Position numbers and translations under genes: made by a program
Shown: one piece after another, positions 35,145-40,000 of the stretch
Position numbering within the stretch: the first letter of the stretch is position 1
Layout: each line of letters starts with the position of its first letter
Notes under the pieces: model-generated
Seen by the model: the letters and a program-made list of their open reading frames with translations, nothing else
Told to the model about the DNA's origin: nothing
The model's database searches: none
Source of the DNA: an uncultured phage cr131_1
DNA length: 40,000 nt
Strand: one strand, 5' to 3'
Sequence record: NC_055902.1

Positions 35145-35720
35145 CTATCGAATACTTACTCCTGTTACTCCTAAGTCTACATCAATCCATTTATCACCAA
35201 AACTATCGTTGAAAGAGAGAGTTTTCTTTTTCACTCCATCGACGTTGATCACAATATTGCTCGGAACGTTAATATGCTTTTTAAGAGTCCCTTCCAGATC
35301 CGACTTCTCCGAGCCTCCCTCGAGAGGCAGTTTTCCCTTATTATTACATACGTGTTCATAGCAGTCCACCAAACGATGAACTAAGTTATCGTAATCGCCT
35401 TCGCGTTGTGATAAGTTCGCAATCTCAGTACTAAGTCCGTGTTCAAGTGCTTCAGAATTACCTCCTGTAGAGAGGTTTACCAAAGCGTCCCATACCTTCA
35501 ACGCAAAATCGTTGAATGGGATTTTATCCTGACAAGCCAATAACTGATTCCACCAAAGACAACTTGTTTTGCCAAGTATAATCGTACCATCTTCTCGGAT
35601 AGTAATTGATTTATACTTAGCTTTATCTTTAGTGTTGTTAAATACCTTGTCAGAGATTCGTTCGTCACTCAACAAATACTTGATGAGTGCTACCGAACCA
35701 GTTGACAAGCAGCGTTTCAT
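35145..35720 (-). CDS. Hypothetical protein, 191 aa
   Basis: Intact ORF ending TAG immediately followed by TGA. Confidence 0.75.
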   Translation of the reverse strand: MKRCLSTGSVALIKYLLSDERISDKVFNNTKDKAKYKSITIREDGTIILGKTSCLWWNQLLACQDKIPFNDFALKVWDALVNLSTGGNSEALEHGLSTEIANLSQREGDYDNLVHRLVDCYEHVCNNKGKLPLEGGSEKSDLEGTLKKHINVPSNIVINVDGVKKKTLSFNDSFGDKWIDVDLGVTGVSIR

Positions 35721-36328
35721 TAGTCATGAACGTTTATATCAACACGACTATTGAGTTGTTCCATATAGTCGTTTACTTTCTTTGTGTTATCAGCCATAGC
35801 TGACTTGATACTCTGCTGCATTTTGCAGAGAGCATCGATCAGAGTCTGAATACTTTCGTACTCACTCTGATTAAGCGCATTCATAAACTGGATCAGCTTT
35901 TGCGGATCCTTGAATGCATGTGTTACTGTCGAGTTAGGATCGTTAGCATTTTTCAATGCCTCCTTGACAGCCTCTTCGGTTACTACACCGTAATCCTTCA
36001 TGTCTGAAGAGATTGCGATGATGGCATCAGCAAGACCATCCTTATGAGGATTGATCTTGATCACCGGATTGTTGTTGATATCCGTGTCAATGATGATACC
36101 GTAGATATCTTTAGCATTGATACGATAGCGACGAGGAGAACGATTGGTTATCAGCGTTTGCTGCTCGTTCATCTGGATGGCGTTCTTTTCCTTCTCAAAG
36201 TTGGGCCAGCAGTCGCGGACCTCTGTTGTGAAGAATTGTTTACCAAGGTTTGCTCCCATGAGGGAAATTGGGTTACGATTACCACTAAGTGCGTTCTGCA
36301 CGTTTACGTTAATTGTTGTTGTTGCCAT
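35720..36328 (-). CDS. Hypothetical protein, 202 aa
   Basis: Intact ORF, TAA stop. Confidence 0.78.
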   Translation of the reverse strand: MATTTINVNVQNALSGNRNPISLMGANLGKQFFTTEVRDCWPNFEKEKNAIQMNEQQTLITNRSPRRYRINAKDIYGIIIDTDINNNPVIKINPHKDGLADAIIAISSDMKDYGVVTEEAVKEALKNANDPNSTVTHAFKDPQKLIQFMNALNQSEYESIQTLIDALCKMQQSIKSAMADNTKKVNDYMEQLNSRVDINVHD

Positions 36329-36345
36329 AAAAAATATCCTTTTTG

Positions 36346-36373
36346 ATATCGTTTTTGATTAAACCAACGATAT
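36346..36373. promoter_or_regulatory. 8-bp inverted repeat upstream of the 35720..36328 gene
   Basis: ATATCGTT (36346-36353) / AACGATAT (36366-36373) with a 12-nt spacer, 18 nt upstream of the start codon. Confidence 0.5.
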
Positions 36374-38500
36374 TTTTTGTTAATAATGTTAATTAAAAAA
36401 AGAAAATACACTGCTTCGGAGAGTCACTTGGGTGTATTTATGTTAAATATGTTGCTTGCATACAGTTGGTGTGCTAATGGGAACCACGCTTTATACAGAT
36501 ATAGTTGTGTTTTATATTCCTTAAAATGAAGCTCAATTGCACAACGGGAATCAAATGGTATGATTGGCTAAGCCCATCGTCTGTATTTTGGTAAAGCTTT
36601 GAATGCTGCTATGAAGAAATCAATCTTGTTTTAGACATATACGTTTATGTATGATGTCATATTTATTTATAGATAAATATAGTACGAAGATCTTCCGTAC
36701 GTTTCTTGATACTGATTGTTAGACAATCGACAAAATTTCCAATTGGACTAATGCGCAATATGTATCTTAACCCACAATGTCTTTGAATATCTTTGACAGT
36801 TTCCCTATTTTAACTACAAATCTATTCATACAAGCTGTAGCCGCTTGCTCGCGCATCCTGAATTTTACGTCTGAGGATGTCCTGTTGACGGTTTTCCTGT
36901 TTACTACGTGCGTGTGTAGCTGTTTACGCAAGGAGTGCGTTTCATTATCGAACGATCTATGCCTTCAGGGGGCATCTGCGATCCTACGGACTTTCTGTTC
37001 TTGGTGTTTCTACCTCATTTATTTATAGTACACGAATATTGAGATTTCAACTCATACACTTTCACTTGTCACCCACTTTAAGAGTTTCTTACACATCCAG
37101 AGACAGTGGATAGTAAGAGATGTTTTCGATACATCACCTGCATACGCTATTGCACTGCGTCTCATAGCTCCTTAAAGCTGCCCATCATTTCCATGTATTA
37201 TGCCTACCTTTAGAGTTTACGCATGGATTTGCTGTCCATACTTTAGTTCTGGTTACATATAACGGTTGGTACTCAGGCTTCAGACTTCACTACTCCCTAC
37301 TTACAACGTAGGTTTTTCGCTATCTGGGGACACCTAATTTTGTTAAACATGTTAATTCTTAATTTTATCGCTGACTTATCTTTGTAAGAAGTATCTTATT
37401 TCAAAATGTATACGCAGTTATAGTATAACGGATTCTATCCCACAGGGACCATAATATATGTATACATAGTTGAACCTTCCAACTATCATCTGTCTTGAAA
37501 CGAAAGCGATCTCATGCAGTACTGGTGTGTACAGTGTCGAATCGACTTACGTAAGTGATCTATTCTCCGATCAAGAGTTTTTCGATTATAACGTAATCAC
37601 CGGAATCGGCATAGTTTTTTATACTATGTCCAATACACATCATTCTGCTTACTGAACTTAATGTATTCATATCAGACTTTGTTCGCGGCCTCGTATCGCG
37701 CATAGATTATAATATACAATCATCATAACCTAACTAAGGGTCTGCCCTACCCTCCTGGTAGTTTCTCTTTTATATACCGATAAACTACAAAAGCCTGTCG
37801 GTCACACTTCATCTTGTATCAGTCGTTTTACCCCATCACTGGCTCCCCTTCAACGGAGATGTGCTGAATCTAACAGCAGGGATTTACATAGACAGCATAT
37901 TTACGATACACTTCATAAGTATTATCCTTATGATATAGAACAATCTGTGTATTTTCTTCACACCTTCATACTTGGGTTGGAACCAAGGAACACTATGCTA
38001 CAGCTATTTTTAGTGATACTCATACCTATTTTTGGTCACTTACTCTCGTTTTATATTGATATCATTGCAAATTACACCATACCATGTATGTAATTTCCCA
38101 CAATATAAATTTTCAGTATTGATAGATATGTTCATCTCGTGTCTCGTTCGTATATTCTTAGTATCATTGAATATAATTCCGATACGGTTCATTATGCTCT
38201 TTTTGAGACTTATGCGTTTCAAAACCATACTTCTTCATCCAGCTTGTCTCCAAACGGTTCTCACAAGTCCAGTTGTATAGTTTCTAGGATCTGATACAGC
38301 GCTAATCCTACTTACATTATATATTTTCAGTATATAATGCATTTCATCCTACCTTTTGAGTGATCTCACCGTTTGAGACGGCTAACATATTCTCGGATCA
38401 AGTATAAATTTCGTACATAGGCTAATGAGACCTACTATAAGTACTTACCCATAGGTTTTGGATCATGTAGCGCATAGCTGCACAATCCAAAACTAAAATA
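36374..38500 (-). ncRNA. About 2.1-kb non-coding, stem-rich region; candidate large structured RNA(s)
   Basis: No convincing ORF on either strand. Many stems, for example 38455-38493, 38315-38339 (CATTATATA/TATATAATG), 38285-38310 (TAGGAT/ATCCTA), 37914-37932 (CATAAG/CTTATG), 37758-37788 (GTAGTTT/AAACTAC), plus CATCCT/AGGATG and ACGCA/TGCGT near 36855-36940. Strand inferred from flanking minus-strand genes. Confidence 0.55.
38455..38493 (-). ncRNA. Extended hairpin immediately downstream of the 38501..38935 gene
   Basis: GTTTTGGAT-CA-TGTAGC-GCATA-GCTGCA-CA-ATCCAAAAC: 9-bp perfect stem, symmetric CA/CA internal loop, then 6-bp stem (one G.U). Confidence 0.75.
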
Positions 38501-38935
38501 CTAATTAATATCTATGGAGGAATTGAACTTTTTTAGGTCAATCTTTCCTACTTTCTCTACTTTGTAGATAGGCAGGCTGTCATGGCCAATGGAGTCTTCC
38601 TTGTTATCCATACGCGTTGCTATATAAAGAACTGGGACATGGACTGTCTTCGTCTTTACTCTTCGAGGTGCGCGAACCTTCTTAGATTTTTTGGTTTTTA
38701 CTGCCGGCTTTTCTATGTAGACAGTATCCGGTTTGCCGGGTGAACGGATACTATCCTGTTGCTGCAGACCTAATGTTAGGTCTTTAGGCAACTTTATATC
38801 ATTCAAGTTAATGTCTGGCATAGTAGCCGCCATAACTTGAGATGATGTTGAAGAATTAGCAGTTGTTATCTTTGCCAGGCAAATGCCTGATAATGCAAAG
38901 GCAATGCTGCATAGGATTGTTGTTAACTTTCGCAT
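38501..38935 (-). CDS. Exported/envelope-associated hypothetical protein with signal peptide, 144 aa
   Basis: 'MRKLTTILCSIAFALSGICLAKITTANSS' looks like a signal peptide; Lys/Arg-rich middle. Stop is TAG. Confidence 0.65.
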   Translation of the reverse strand: MRKLTTILCSIAFALSGICLAKITTANSSTSSQVMAATMPDINLNDIKLPKDLTLGLQQQDSIRSPGKPDTVYIEKPAVKTKKSKKVRAPRRVKTKTVHVPVLYIATRMDNKEDSIGHDSLPIYKVEKVGKIDLKKFNSSIDIN

Positions 38936-39030
38936 AGTTGATTTTGATAATCTCTAATATGGTTTAACATTGTCCCACCATTGTCTCACTCGTCCTCCTA
39001 AAGCTGAGATTTTCTCTTTAGTGGACTGAA

Positions 39031-39993
39031 TCAGTTTTTTTCTTCAGCCTTCTTTTCTTCTGCTTTAGGTGCCTCATAAGAGAGGTTTGTCTCACTGTAT
39101 CGAATATCCTGTGAGAGAGGATCGCGGAACAAGTTGGTGATGATACCCGCACGCTGCTGTATGTCATGCATGAGCTGATCCTTTTGTTCTCCGGCTGCGT
39201 CAACACTCTCCAATGAAGGATAGTATGACTTAAGTATGCCACTTTCTGCCATACATGCAGCTTTACGCAGATCTTTATCCTCGCTATTAAGGTTGTCGAG
39301 AAGATTGTCTGCAAAGTCTGTCGGACAGTCTGTAACGGCATCAAATATCTTTTTGTGATAGTCTACATTGTACTGTACAGCATCAACGTAGTCTTGTTTT
39401 GCGTTGCCGGCAGCAAGTTCTGCTTTAGCACGCTCAAGATTCTTAGTAGCTTCGATAAGCTTAGACTCATTTGTCCAGTTTACCAAGGTACGGACCATCG
39501 CTGCAATCACGTTATCGTCTACAGGGACAACATTAGTGTCCTTGTTCTTAGACGCACTACGTAACAAACAGAATGCGAATATTGGGCTCTTGGACTCGGA
39601 AGTTTTAGTGTAAATGAAGTGACTGAGGCCTACTGTTGAGAAGGGGATTTCTCCAACCAAGACGCGTATCTCTTCAAGAAGATCTGATACGGACTTACTG
39701 TTAACGGCAGTAGTGGTATCCTCATTACCATTGGCCTGTAAAAGCTGATAGGAACGAAGAAACTCAGTCGCACGTACGATTCTGTCATAGGGACGTCGCA
39801 CTGATGGATCGGACAACATGAAGGTCAAACTCTGTCTCAACTGATCTTCGTTTTCGATCTTAGTAGGATCGATGATCGGCTTAGAGTTGATAACCTTCTT
39901 CTCTGCTTCTAGCTTTTTCTTGGTCTCCTTAGTTACCTTTACAGCTTTTGCAGGGACAATTACGTTACCAGCCTCGTCAGGCTTTGGAAGCAT
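39031..39993 (-). CDS. Hypothetical protein, at least 320 aa, possibly starting beyond the window
   Basis: Intact ORF to the window edge; TGA stop. Confidence 0.7.
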   Translation of the reverse strand: MLPKPDEAGNVIVPAKAVKVTKETKKKLEAEKKVINSKPIIDPTKIENEDQLRQSLTFMLSDPSVRRPYDRIVRATEFLRSYQLLQANGNEDTTTAVNSKSVSDLLEEIRVLVGEIPFSTVGLSHFIYTKTSESKSPIFAFCLLRSASKNKDTNVVPVDDNVIAAMVRTLVNWTNESKLIEATKNLERAKAELAAGNAKQDYVDAVQYNVDYHKKIFDAVTDCPTDFADNLLDNLNSEDKDLRKAACMAESGILKSYYPSLESVDAAGEQKDQLMHDIQQRAGIITNLFRDPLSQDIRYSETNLSYEAPKAEEKKAEEKN

Positions 39994-40000
39994 CTTCGTA

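Noticed and set aside
36777-38280. Short ORFs in the 2.1-kb gap (36777..37028, 37470..37655, 38032..38280, minus 38040..38228)
   Set aside because: Short, on mixed strands, no recognisable features, overlapping strong hairpins; treated as chance.
39018-39613. Plus-strand ORFs over 39031..39993 and other antisense ORFs in 25618..34194
   Set aside because: Overlap longer, better-supported minus-strand genes in a consistent operon.
1-40000. CRISPR array
   Set aside because: No regularly spaced direct repeats seen anywhere in the window.

Overview
The window looks like part of a crAss-like (Crassvirales-type) phage genome. No database search was run; the lineage call rests on protein motifs and gene order. 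The plus-strand half (1-23349) is two giant open frames, ORF A (<=27..17266) and ORF B (17269..23349). Each is closed only by TAA and reads through many in-frame TAG codons, which fits a TAG->Gln reassignment in late genes. ORF A contains an RNA polymerase beta'-type active-site motif (GSD|FDID). This motif is split, between its first Asp and the Phe, by a 911-nt group I intron (12153..13063). The intron has recognisable P1, P, Q, R, S and P9 elements and a LAGLIDADG endonuclease ORF that itself carries two in-frame TAGs. ORF B starts with a probable ART-PolyVal-like domain and has an HExxH zincin motif; ORF A has a second HExxH motif. After a bidirectional terminator, the minus-strand half (23462-39993) holds compact genes with no internal TAG: PD-(D/E)XK nucleases, Toprim primase, SSB-like protein, RecA-like ATPase, DnaB-like helicase and family B DNA polymerase, plus hypotheticals. 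The minus strand also has a standard tRNA-Leu(UAA) and three tRNA-like elements with intact T-arm and acceptor stem but missing or aberrant anticodon arms. Other non-coding structure includes a compact three-way-junction element (34224-34284), a hairpin-bearing gap (34838-35144), and a ~2.1-kb region without convincing ORFs (36374-38500) rich in stems, which is a candidate large structured RNA. The least explained signals are the intron-split catalytic motif, the large non-coding region, the truncated tRNA-like elements next to shared leaders, and the early/late asymmetry in TAG usage.
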